A DNA stretch of 64,000 nucleotides from Diplonema japonicum. Lineage: Eukaryota; Protista; Euglenozoa: Diplonemea. This document shows, piece after piece, positions 35,572 to 47,239 of this stretch. Position 1 is the stretch's first letter, and the number at the start of each line of letters is the position of its first letter. The translations under genes were made by a program, and so were the position numbers. Location of the stretch: NCBI GenBank assembly GCA_964019335.1, contig OZ025709.1, forward strand, positions 124,001 to 188,000, read 5' to 3'. The notes below the pieces were generated by a model. It did no database searches. It worked only from the letters and a program-made list of their open reading frames with translations, and was not told where the DNA came from.

Positions 35572-38500
35572 CCCTCCTCCTTACCTTGATGTACGCCAAG
35601 CCGTCTGCTGGGTCAACCCGCCTCTCCACGGTCAGAGGGGCTGCGTCCCACTCCTTTGTGCCTCCGTACTGAGCTATGAAGTCAGCCTGTAGAATGTGTT
35701 GTGGGAGAAAAAAAAGAAAAGAAAAGAAACATCACCTTTGTGTACAACAGCCCGTCGGTCAGGTCCACCCTCGTCTCCTCTTCTCGTGCCTCGAGGTCCT
35801 TTTCCTTCTCCTCGACACGGGTCGCCGCCAGCTGTTGCTTTTGCTTCTTCTTTTCTTGCAGGAGTTGCTTCTCCAGATCTTCGATCTACAAAAAAAAAAA
35901 AAGATTTTTTCCCCCCCTTTGCTAGAATGAAAGAAAAATATACCTCAACAATCGTCGTCGCTTTCTTGATCTTAAGCAAGAGGTCCACTTCGGTAGCGGT
36001 GGCACGGTGCTGCTCTTTCTACGTTTTTTTTTTTTTTTTTTTTTTTTTTTTTGTTTTCCCCACCCCCGCTCTTGTGAAGCTCAAAAAAAAAAAAAAAAAC
36101 CAAACCTGAGGTAACGGCTCAGATTCAACCCGTGTGAAGGAAGAAGACGCTCTTGGGAACCCTGATGGCTCTTCTTTTTTGACTTCTTTTTTGACTTCGG
36201 GTTTTTGAGGCTCCGCTTGAGGTGTCGCTGGAGTTGCAGGCTGCGATGCCACAGGCTGCGAGTAAGGCTCCGCTTCGTTCCATTGCGAATCGTTGCAGTA
36301 CGCATCAAGGAAGTCTTGCTTAGTGTAAGGCAGCCCGTCTGCAGGGTCCACCCTGCGTTCCTCAGGGAGGGCAAGACCGAGGGCTTTGGTAAGCTTTGTA
36401 ACCTCATTCCAATCCCCAACACCTCCCGAATCTTGAAGGGAGGCAAGACCGGTCACCCATGATTTGAATATACTGTCCTCGGTCTGAAGCACCTTGTGCT
36501 CCTTGTCGGCGACGGAAGGCTCGATAGCAAGCTTGGCTTTGTTGCCTCTTCTGCGGCGATCGATGTCCTTTTTAACCTCCTCTTTTAACATGGTGGACTT
36601 GACGATCATGCCAGGGTAGTCACCCTGCAACGGGAGGTCCTTTCGAACATCTTTAGCAGAGGATTCCGCGAAGCGAGCTTGGCAATAGTTAACAAGCTGA
36701 GCGAGGTGCGTTGTGTCCTCCATAGGGTGGAGGGAACCGTGTTTCCATGTACACCATGACAAGGTGTTTTTAGGAAGCGACGCGTGGAAGCCCAGCCAGT
36801 CTCTGAAAAGCTGATGTTGAGACAATGTCGAGACATCACCGAAGAGCAGGCACATCGTCTTCGCTCTTGTCAAGGAAACGTTGAGTCGCCTCCAGTCCTG
36901 AACGAAACCGATGGACCCAGTGTCGTTGCTTCTCACGAGGGATAGAAGAATGATGTCGTTCTCCTGTCCTTGGTACGAATCAACGGACGCCACAGATATC
37001 AGAGAATGTTCTGAAGGGAGGTACGCTCGCAACATTCTTTGAATTTCTCTGACCTGCCCGGCATACGGTGTTATAACGCACACTGTTGACATGTCGCAGC
37101 CCTTGGAGAATAACACTGCGGCTGTTGCCGCCACTGCGGTGGCTTCTTCCGTGTTATAGATTGTTTTCTCGGTTTTCGCTTCCGTGCCGTCGACGTGGCA
37201 GAACCCCAACGGGGAGTTCAGGATGGACTTGTAAGGATGTTCCCGTTCCTTGCATTCGACACCGGTCTTAAGCTCGCCTCTGTAAAACCTCCATGACGAG
37301 AAGTGCGCGATCAACGCGTGCATTCTGTATTGTATTCCAAGGATTTGCATGTCCATTCCGACTGCGAGCATTCTCTCGAACAGTGATACGCCAAGCCCAC
37401 CGTCTTCCGCATCTTTTGACAGAATCGTGCAAGGAAGCTGGCATTGATCACCCACCATTACACATTGCGACATTCCTTTAGAACAGGGAATCATACACGC
37501 TGGTTCCATGACCTGAGCAGCCTCGTCGATAACGACAAAGGGGAATACCTTATTACGGAGGAGTTTCATCCCTGCTCCGATGCATGTTACGGCGATGACG
37601 TCTGCGCGTTGGATTGCTTTATCTTCGTTCCCATCGACTCTCCATGGTGCGGGCATGCCAGCCCCGATTCTCGCAACCTTTATCCCCCTTTTGTACAGCC
37701 CTGCTGCGAGGTTGTCCGTTCCCTTGTTTGAAAACGCTGTGACGAGGACGGGGCCTTTCTTTTCACGCAGCCACCCGACCACGATCTCAATCGCAGTATA
37801 CGTCTTACCCGTTCCGGGAGGACCCTGAATAAACGAAAGCTGCCGTTTCTCATGAACCGCCCTGTTGTAAGCAACCATCTGAAACTCGTTCAACGGGTTC
37901 ATCTCGGGTATAAAGCTGAAGGGCTCCCGCTCCATGACGTCCGCATGCGGCTGCGCGGCAGCTTTGCTAATCGCAGATTCCGGATTCGGTATAGGACGCT
38001 TCGAGGGATCTCTGACAAGACCCATTTTCGACGACGCCTCGATATCGGCGAAAAGCGTGTTTGCCACAGGAGTACCAGGGTTGAATATCCCCATGCGGCC
38101 CCCCACGTGGACGGGTTCCTGTCGTTGAAGTCGGTTTAACGTGTCTTCTATTCTCTCATAAGTGGTAATGTGCGGACCCAAATCGCATCTGTACGTGCTG
38201 GTCGGGCTTTCAGGGATATAGTCGTACGAGGTGGACACCAGAATCGATGTCCGGGAGATTTCCTCTACCTCGCCTGAAATGGTTAACCTCGGGTTGTTCA
38301 TGTCCACCTTGCCGTCAACATCGCTGAGCAGAACGCACCGCCCGTAGCCTAGCTCCGCCATGTCCGGTATCCGTCCTGTTCGGGATGTCAACAGTAAGAG
38401 GTTCATATCGGCTCCGCGGATGGATTTCGTTCCCTTAACCTGTATACGCAGGTTGGAACACCCGTACCCTTGCTTCACAAGAACGGATTGCGGTTTTTGA

Positions 38501-39438
38501 AGGCGTCGGACGACCTGTTCTTTCTCGGCCAGCTTCTCCTTGGACAACACGTTCTGGAAGTGCCGCGCGTAGGAATCCACGTTGACCTTCCACTCCTCGA
38601 ACTGCTCACGGTGGCACGCTTGGTTTTTCGCCTTTGATTCCAACATTTTCGCCAATGCTGCTTTGGTTGCCTCGGCTGCTTCTGAAGCATTTACAATTTG
38701 AGGGCTCACAGCTGTTGTCCTTGGATTGGCGTGTAACACTGGAGCTTCAGAAATCCAAGTGTATCCAACAGGCAGTGTAGGTGGTGTGATGAAGATAGGA
38801 GGGGTTCCTTGAGACGGCCCGAAGTACACCTCGAACGTGGCTTCCTTGACCAACACGTGCGGGAACAACGGCATCCCCCGAACCTCCCTTGGGATGGTGA
38901 ACGCGTCCTTCGGCGCAATATGCTCGTTAATCATGAATTTGATGGTGTTTTTGTCGAAATCGACGAGCGCGGTCACAACGTCGTTCTTTCCAAAGGATTG
39001 ACCGTATTTGGTATATTCACCGTTGTGGGAGCAGGTTCCCGTTCCACCGAAACCAAAGGATTGCACGTCCATGCCAAGTTCTATGGTTGCTGTGATGGCC
39101 GACCACCCGAGCCTGATGTTTCCTCCTGTTTCGTTAAGGAAGCAGAAGGCTACTCTTCCGGAGCAAGCTCCTGCGTTGGCTCGTATTCCGATCCATGGTT
39201 TCTTGCTCTCCATCCGTCGGGCTCTTGTGAAGCTGTCGCCTATGAACCCGAAGCCCTCGTCAGAATCGGGGAAGTGCAACGTTACCAAGTTACCTTTTTT
39301 GAACTTTGGTAAAGGCCCGTCCCATGGTTTTCCTGGTGGTGCCGAGCTTTTCCCTCCCCCTTTCCCTCCCCCTTTTCCACCCCGGCCGCCGTATTTCCCT
39401 CCGTCTCCTTTGCCGCCACCGCCTTTTCCGCCACCCAT
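35309..39438 (-). CDS. SPRY-domain + UPF1/DNA2-like SF1 helicase with C-terminal repeats; exons 39438-36106, 36018-35944, 35885-35736, 35686-35585, 35521-35309
   Basis: GGKGG leader; SPRY domain (IRLGWS...LGMDVQSFGFGGTG...YGQSFGKNDVV); helicase motifs QGPPGTGKT, DEAAQ, VGDQCQL, QYRMH, VITPYAGQ, VDSYQGQE, RRLNVSLTRAK. Confidence 0.88.
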
Positions 39439-39864
39439 TCTCTTTTTTTTTTTTCTTTTTTTTTTTCCCCGCCTCCTTCCTGTTGTGTTGTAATGTGATG
39501 GAATGTTTTTTTGATGAGGGGTTGGGGGGGGGGGGGGGGAAGAATTGTATGCACATTTTTTTTTCTCATATTAAGTGTAATGAAAAAATAAAGAAGAGAA
39601 AAAAGTATAGAATTGCACCCCCCCCCCCCCCCCCCCCCTCCCCATCATTTTACTCTCCCTGGGCCCATCTTGCGCTGCGGTTTTATAACGGCTGCCCCTT
39701 TGAACGGCATGGCAGCACAGACCAGGTTGTCGCAGGTGTACTCGTCCACCTCTTTCGGGAAGGCCCCCGCGCACAGCCTCTGACATGTCTTGAAATCGGC
39801 TTTTTTTTCCATCAGCATCGGGTGGTCATATTGAACGCTATGAGTAGGCACCGTCGTCAACGGC

Positions 39865-39867
<3 letters not shown>

Positions 39868-39910
<43 letters not shown>
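39868..39910. repeat. (AT)n microsatellite abutting a T-run
   Basis: About 21 AT units read directly. Confidence 0.9.
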
Positions 39911-39944
<34 letters not shown>

Positions 39945-42520
39945 CCCTTGTGTCCGGTGGTATTAAGGAAATTGCCTCTTTTTTTGGAGGCGAATTCAAG
40001 TCGAAGGTGGGACAACTCCATGCCTGTCTGCACGGGGTAGGGCCTATGATCACGTGGCGAAAATAGAGCAAAGCACAGGAAGACCGGTTTTCTTAAGAAT
40101 GAATAAAAAAAAAACTGGAGGAAGAGAAAGAAGAAACAAAAGAAATCGATAAAGTTTCAGTGTTGCAGGGGGCACTCACTCGGCTTTGGAATACGACGCT
40201 TCTCCTGTCTTGATTTCACCCACAAGAAAAAAAGGGGAAAAAAAAAAAGAAAAAAGAGACATTTAGAAAAAAAAAGGGGGGGGGACAAAAAAGAATGAAA
40301 AGGGAGGAGGAAAGAGAGTTTGTATGTGTTTCTTCTCCGTCTTTTCTTTTTTCTTTTTCTTTTTCTCATCTTTTTTTTTTTTTTTTTTGTTCCATAGGCA
40401 GGTTTTCGTCCGCGTTTCTTTTTTTTTTTCTTTCATTTTTCTCGCAATTTTCGATTGTTGCAAAAAAGAGAAAAAAAAAAGGGGGGGGCGGAGCTTAACA
40501 AAAGCGTCTTTATGCAAAACAGCACAAAGAGGGGGGAGGAATGGGGAGCCTTAAGAAAGAGAAAAGGAGAAAGAAGAATAGAGAATTTTACAATGACGGG
40601 GGGAGAGTGCCTTGAGAGATCGACAAAAACCCATCAAAGGAAAAAGAAAGAAAAGAGAAAGAAAAACAGAAACACATACATATGAATGAATTTTTTTCTT
40701 TTTTTTAACTCAGACGGCGGTAGTAATCTCTTGGCGTCCTTAAATAAAAAACGGGGGGGGGGGAGAATCATGTGACTAAGTTACAAAAGAAAATAAATGT
40801 AACACAAGCCATGTAATTAAAATAACTCTTAACCCCCGAGACCAAGAACGTTTTGGAGTCTGATCCACACACTTCAACGGTAGAGGGTAAGAGGGATGTA
40901 CTGTTTGTTTTTTTAAATTTTGCTTTTTTTTTTTTTCCGTTCCTCTCGCACATCAAATGGGGAGAAAGGGGGGGGGGGGGGGGGGGAGGGGGTAAAATAG
41001 CAGATTTTGTCCTAAATGAATAAGATTTCTTTTTTAAAACTCTTTCTTTCTTGCAAAGAAAAACAAAAAAAAAACGGTCTTTTGTCAAATTCGGTATAAC
41101 AAGCAGAGCCTGCAAAGAAGGAAGAAAAAAAAATAAAAAAGAAATTTAAAAAAAAAAAAAAAAAGGAGAACAGGGGAACAGAGTTAAATTTCCAATCCTC
41201 TCCCCCCTCCTTTTTTTTCTTTCCTTCTTCTTTTTTTTATTTATTATACACTGTTGTTTGCTGTTGTTGTTGATTATTGTAAAAAAAAGAAGAAAAAAAA
41301 GATCATTTTTGAGTTTAATAATTATCTCAGTTACAGTAAAAAAAAGAGAAAAAAAGAAAAGAAAAAATAACTATTGATTTATGAAAAATAAAATGGACTT
41401 TATTTCCCGCGGCTGATAACCTGTCCCAGGGGGGGGAGGAGCCAAGGAAAAAGAGTAAAGTCCACTTTAATTCATGAATACGTAATTTTATTTATTTTCT
41501 GGTTCCCGATGGCCTCCCTAACCCCCTCCAAAGCCAGGATGTCCAGGATTTGATATAACATTAGGGTTGCTTGCACTGCTCGTCCACGCCTTCAGCATGG
41601 CAGTCAACCTACCCAAACAGCTCTCTACTTAGAGGGCTGCGAGCGATGCTCCTAGCAGCCGGTGTACCGCAGAATGGAGACAGGCACGTGACCGACCATG
41701 GCACAAATACAGCAAAAGATTGTTGATTTTCTGGCCTCTTTTCTCTGACTGAAGGGGGGGGGGGGAAAAAAGTACTTTATTTTTTTTTTCCCCTAGGGAA
41801 AATTTGGAAAACCTTATTTTTCCCGGGCTCTAGCCAAAATCTCCTTAGAGGGAATCCAGAAACTAAATATCACCATTCCTCTTCTTTTTTTTTCCCCCCC
41901 CCTCCACCCGCCCCGGGCCTCCGAGGCAGGCCAATTCAAAATAAAAAAATACTTAAGATAAAGCAGGGCAAGTGTAGGTGGCGCCCTGCATCGGGTGTAC
42001 CGCGAAGATCGCTCAAATCGCTCTATGGGGGGGGGAAAAAAAAAGAGACATTTAAGGGTACCTGCGGTATGTGGCAGGACGCCTGACAATAAACTAAACT
42101 AAGTACAAAAACTAATCTAACAAAACGCTGCTAGTCTCACCCCTAGATAAAAAGGTTTCCTCGCCTCCCCCCTCTTTTTTTTTTTTGTTCCCTTCCATTT
42201 TCTTTTTTCCTTTGTTCCTATCATTCAAATGATTTAATTAATAAACTTATAATGTGTGCCGGGCAAGGACTTACCTTCTCCCCCAACAAGTTTTTATCAC
42301 ATTATTTTTTTTTTTTTTTTTTCTCTCTCTCTCACTTCTATGCGTTCATTCCAATGATGATCAAATCCAAATTCGATGCCTCCAGAGGAGGCTTCTCACT
42401 AACGTTACGCTGATCTATAAGAACAGCACCTGTGCCTCCGAATTCCGGGATAATGCGCAGAGGTAGGTTACAACAAAAAAAGAAAAAAAAAAAAGAAAAA
42501 AAAAAAAGAGGACCCTCCAA

Positions 42521-44494
42521 CTAAGCTGAGAAATCGCTTGCCCTACGGGACGAAGGGTAGTTAGATGACCTCATGACACGGGTATCCCTCACAACTTGAT
42601 TCTTGTGCCAAAACACCACACCAGCCACTGCTGCACCGAGCACCACTGCCACAGCAACCACAACAAGTACAATTGTAAGCACTTTGCTGTCATCATCATC
42701 TCCGCTTCCGCTCTCGATTTGACTGTCGCTGCCGTCAGGTGCAGGTGAGGCGTTTTCATCCCAAAGCTGGATCACAGACATCCCCACGTCGGCTGTATAA
42801 GCCAGATTCCCTACGACGGTCATACCCCTCACAGATACGGAGCTGGTGTACCCGTCAAGGCGCTGCATCTTCAAAGGGTTCTGCACATCTATCAACTGCA
42901 CACCCTCACTGCCAGAAACTACCACTTTGTCTCCTGCCATCTTCACACTTTCGATCGTGCCACCCAATACCAGGGAACCAAGGATGGTGGGTTTTGATGG
43001 TGTGCTCACATCCACCGCGTGCAGGCTGCCTTTGACATCCGTCACATAAGCACGTGTTGCATTCGCCGTCACTGCCCGAGCATCGGCAGGAATCTTCACG
43101 CTGCCAATGAGAGTTGGTGTGGACTGGGCTACGTTCAGCAAGGTCAGGCCTTCCGCGTTCACAGCGTAGGCCGTGTCCTCCAACACAAAAATCCCATTGA
43201 CATGTGAAAGGTCGTACTTACCAAGACGGGTGATGTCCTCAGGGTCGGTCACATTGAGCATATGGAAGCCCTCAGAATGGTCGAATCCCAAGTAGGCTGT
43301 CGTCCCTACCACGTGCATGGAGAGGACGCAGTGTGACTGTGTAGGATCCGCGCGGTACGACCCTAGAACCTTTAATTTCCACGGCCTCGGCGCAGTGTAC
43401 ACGTGGAAGAACGGGCACGAGGCCACGTAACTGGTGATTCCTTCGACCTGCACGGCAGTCGCTTCGATCTTGATAGCTTTATCCACCCTCCACTTCTTGA
43501 TGTTGAATAGCTGCATCAGACCACGGCCAAGGATATACGCGTAATCACCAGAAACAGACAAGGCCTTTGCATCGCCTGGTTGGTCGAACTTCCCTAAATA
43601 ACCCGGGTTCGCGTCTCTCACGTCCAGCATCTTGAAACCAACACCAGCAAGGTAAGCTGCACCCCTCACCACCTGCACGTGAGGAGTGCCCTCATTGCTG
43701 TAGGAGTCAAGGAGTTTAGGGGTTGTAGTGCTCACATCGACGATCTTGAGGCCATCCATGTCGGAGACGTAAGCATTTCCGCCCGATACAATAACCCCAC
43801 CGGCACCGCTTCCCGTGAAGTTTGCCTTGAGGGAGGGGGACGAAGGGTCCGACACGTCGAAGATGAGGAGGCCTTCCGACGAGGTGGTCACGTAGGCAGA
43901 GGTGCCGGACACATAGAGACCGCCAACGGTGGTTGCTCCCGTGTTTACAGAACCACGAAGAACTGGTTCAGAAGGGTTGCTAAAGTCGATGATCTGGAGC
44001 TTCTTTTCGTTGTCGTTGCTCAAAATGTAGACGATAGCCCTGATGACGAAGGGTTTCCCTGTACTGCCGCCTGTGTAGGTGCCGAGGAGCTTGGGGGTAG
44101 TGGCATCAGTCGCATCGATAGCGAGGATCTCCCCTTTTGTGGACCTTATGTATGCGGTGTCCCCAAACACGTGCACTGCCGTGCAGGGCTCTGGGTACCG
44201 CCCCACAACGGTACCTTGTTTCACAAGCACCAGTCCACCTTTTCCGTCCGCCACGAAGACTGTGCCCCACACTTCGTCGACGCCACGAGCGTCCTTCCCC
44301 GTTTCTATCTCGTAGATCTTCTCCATCTCACTAAATTTCCTCAGGTCAAGTATGACAAGCCCGGAAACCCCAGCAGCGAAATAGGCCGTGTCTCTTGTCA
44401 CCCTCACGTCTGATATGTGGTCAATAGCCTCAGTTTTCCTCACCACTAATAGCTCTGCAGTTGCTGCCACACATAGTAAAGAAAGTAACGCCAT
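42521..44494 (-). CDS. LVIVD-repeat type I membrane protein (paralog 1)
   Basis: Signal peptide, repeated V.G..AYV....GL.I.DVS.PS.P units and a C-terminal TM helix. Confidence 0.85.
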   Translation of the reverse strand: MALLSLLCVAATAELLVVRKTEAIDHISDVRVTRDTAYFAAGVSGLVILDLRKFSEMEKIYEIETGKDARGVDEVWGTVFVADGKGGLVLVKQGTVVGRYPEPCTAVHVFGDTAYIRSTKGEILAIDATDATTPKLLGTYTGGSTGKPFVIRAIVYILSNDNEKKLQIIDFSNPSEPVLRGSVNTGATTVGGLYVSGTSAYVTTSSEGLLIFDVSDPSSPSLKANFTGSGAGGVIVSGGNAYVSDMDGLKIVDVSTTTPKLLDSYSNEGTPHVQVVRGAAYLAGVGFKMLDVRDANPGYLGKFDQPGDAKALSVSGDYAYILGRGLMQLFNIKKWRVDKAIKIEATAVQVEGITSYVASCPFFHVYTAPRPWKLKVLGSYRADPTQSHCVLSMHVVGTTAYLGFDHSEGFHMLNVTDPEDITRLGKYDLSHVNGIFVLEDTAYAVNAEGLTLLNVAQSTPTLIGSVKIPADARAVTANATRAYVTDVKGSLHAVDVSTPSKPTILGSLVLGGTIESVKMAGDKVVVSGSEGVQLIDVQNPLKMQRLDGYTSSVSVRGMTVVGNLAYTADVGMSVIQLWDENASPAPDGSDSQIESGSGDDDDSKVLTIVLVVVAVAVVLGAAVAGVVFWHKNQVVRDTRVMRSSNYPSSRRASDFSA

Positions 44495-44690
44495 AATAGG
44501 TTCTGAGAGATGCTAAGTAGTGTAGGAAATCCCCAACTGTTAAATACTATGAAATAAACTTTTCTTCTTCTTTCTTTCTTGAATGCGCAAAAAAAAAAGT
44601 CTCTCTCTCCCCCCCCCAAAAAAAAGATTAAAATTGATACAGGGGGGGTGAATGAAAAAGAACGAGAGAAAAGAAAATGAGAATGCTTTC

Positions 44691-45875
44691 CTAGGCGGAG
44701 TTCTGGATATCCTTCTTCCTGGTGCCCATGAACTTGGCGCGCTCTGCCTGGGTTTGGAAGTGGCCGTGACCCTGCTTGGAGCTGGTGTCGATGAATTTGA
44801 GAGAGACCTGCTCTTGGGCGGCCCTGCTGGTCTGGGGGGCGAGAGGGCGGCGCAGGGTAAGGACACGCTTAACAGGCCCTGGGACAGATCCCTTGAGCAT
44901 GACGTACTCATTGTTGACGACACCGTAGTGGGGGAAGCCGCCCAGGGGGGTGATGTGCTTCTCAGTGATGTCCATGGAGGTGGTGGCGTTACCCTTCTCG
45001 CATTTAGAGGCGGCTTCACCCATTTTGTAGATCTTCTTGTTGAGTTCTGTCCTGTGGTGGAACCCGTTCTGACCAGCACGTGCCACGGTGTAGGCCACAC
45101 GGGATGGATGCCAAGCACCGATACAAGCAACCTTCCTCAGACCTCTGTGAGACTTTCTAGGCAGACGGGACACACCCCACCTGTGGGTCACACCCTCCAT
45201 ACCGTGACCCTTGCTGACGGCGATGACGTCGCACCTCTCGGACTCCTTGAACACCTGTCCGACGGTCACCTGCTGCTCGAGGAGACCCTGGGCGAACTTC
45301 AGCTTGTCGGCCATGGACCCACCGTTGATCTGGATCTCAGCGACGTAAGCCTTCTTGCTGCCGAGCTTCAGCTTGTTGGGCTGAGTGTGGGCGAGTACTC
45401 TGAGGACGGTCGCGTTCTTCTCGATACGGCTGTACATCGTTTCTCTGGCCTCCTTGTTCTCCTCAAACTTGGATGTGTACTTCGTGAAGGCCTTCTTCTT
45501 GGCGGCGTACCAGGATTTGTAGTACCTCCTCAGCATGCTGTCGGAGAGCTTCTGTGCCCACAGAGTGGACACCGCCCTGAGACCCCTGGCGGTGGGCTTG
45601 TACCCCACAATACCTACCACAACCATTTCGGGGCAGTCCACGATGGTGACGGGCTCGCAGACCTCCTTCTTGTGCATTTTGGATCCAGCACGGTCGAGGT
45701 CACGTACGATGTGGGTCATGCCTGCCTTGTAGGCCATGAAGGCGGTCAGGTGGGGGGCTTGGGTGGCATCATCCACAGGGAAGGACCTGACACGGCCCCT
45801 GACGTGGCGGCACCTCTTGCGGGGAAGGTACCCCAAATGACCGTGACGGGGCTGCTCGAACTTACGATGAGACAT
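44691..45875 (-). CDS. RPL3: 60S ribosomal protein uL3
   Basis: [43 protein letters not shown] motifs; intronless. Confidence 0.97.
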   Translation of the reverse strand: MSHRKFEQPRHGHLGYLPRKRCRHVRGRVRSFPVDDATQAPHLTAFMAYKAGMTHIVRDLDRAGSKMHKKEVCEPVTIVDCPEMVVVGIVGYKPTARGLRAVSTLWAQKLSDSMLRRYYKSWYAAKKKAFTKYTSKFEENKEARETMYSRIEKNATVLRVLAHTQPNKLKLGSKKAYVAEIQINGGSMADKLKFAQGLLEQQVTVGQVFKESERCDVIAVSKGHGMEGVTHRWGVSRLPRKSHRGLRKVACIGAWHPSRVAYTVARAGQNGFHHRTELNKKIYKMGEAASKCEKGNATTSMDITEKHITPLGGFPHYGVVNNEYVMLKGSVPGPVKRVLTLRRPLAPQTSRAAQEQVSLKFIDTSSKQGHGHFQTQAERAKFMGTRKKDIQNSA

Positions 45876-45885
45876 TTTTGTGTGT

Positions 45886-45917
<32 letters not shown>

Positions 45918-46932
45918 CCCCTTGAAATAATGATGCTCATTAAGCGGACAACACAGCCAAAAAAAAAAAAAAAAAAAAAAAAAAGAGAGACATTTAAGGG
46001 TACCTGCGGTATGTGGCAGGACGCCTTAAAAAAAAGAATCAGAAGACATGGGGGGGGGGGGGGGGGGAAGCATTTCCTTTTTTTCTTTTGTATTATTGTT
46101 TTGGACCGGAAGACCGGCAATTCGCCAAGCTTATGCCAGGTTTCCTCACTACCCGCGGAAGGATAAGGGCCCCCCTAGGAAAAGATGCGTTTCAAAAAAA
46201 AGAAAAAAAAAAGAAAATTACATCGTAAGAAAGCACTATCGAAGAATAAGAAGAAGCTCGTTGATAAGGCTGGTTTTTGAGCTTGTTCTCCGTCTCCTAA
46301 GAGGTCACATCACCACAAGAGGAACTGGCCGTTGTTTGGACGTGCCTTTTGTTTAGACAAGTTAAAGACTCGTTCTTGCAAAAAAAAAAAAAAAAAAGCG
46401 GAAATTACATAGTGTGCAATTGGCAATTGGAGACTTTGCTAAGAATCCAGAAAAGAACGTACCCCCTCCAAGCTTTGTCTCTCTCAAAGAAAATACGAAA
46501 AAAAAAAAAGAAAGAAAAAGAAAATAAAAACATCAGTAAGGATGCAGGGGGGGAGGGGAACGAAGAACGGAAACATGAAAGAAGAAACAAAAAAAAAAGA
46601 AATACCCTACCGTTTGACCAGCAAAGACGCAATAAAACGGGCCAAGCCCGCAGCAGGAAGTCACGTAACGTATGCCTCTTTTTTTTTTTTGCAGTTCTTT
46701 TTTTTTTTTATTTTACCAACAAACAGAAACATAATTTTTTTTTTTTTACTGGGAAAACAATAAACAGTAGTCCCCAGGACCCCTAGAAAAGGTGTTAAAG
46801 AAAATTGCCCCGATATTCGAAAGGGAAAAATTACTGGAGCCCCGCAATTTTTCTTTTTTTTTTTTTCCCTTTCGATGGTTTTTTTTTCTTTCTTTCTCCC
46901 CTCCTTTGTTTTTAACAGTAAAAGAAAAAGGT

Positions 46933-46979
<47 letters not shown>

Positions 46980-47197
46980 TAATTGTGACTTGGGAAGGAG
47001 TGAGTGTCACCATCGGTCATTACTCTAGGTTTTGAAATACAGGAAAGCCAGCGACGTCCTTTACGGGCTGCACACTTTGACCCAGCGGTGTGGCAGTGTT
47101 TACTGCGGGGCCCTGAGGCTAGAGGGCGTTAACCCCTATGCAGCAACACTGGCCCCGACATTGAATAGAAGAAAAAATCGAAAGCAGCAGCATCAGC

Positions 47198-47239
<42 letters not shown>

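Noticed and set aside
39645-40030. Small ORFs either side of the A-run/(AT)n block
   Set aside because: No GT-AG pair joins them and no motif is recognisable; left unannotated.
42354-42413. Box C (ATGATGA) and box D (CTGA) pair suggesting a C/D snoRNA
   Set aside because: Antisense to the gene cluster, no terminal stem and no recognisable rRNA guide.
44652-46166. 504-aa plus-strand ORF and similar antisense ORFs
   Set aside because: Shadows of GC3-rich minus-strand genes (here RPL3). Poly-F/poly-K ORFs elsewhere are homopolymer translations.
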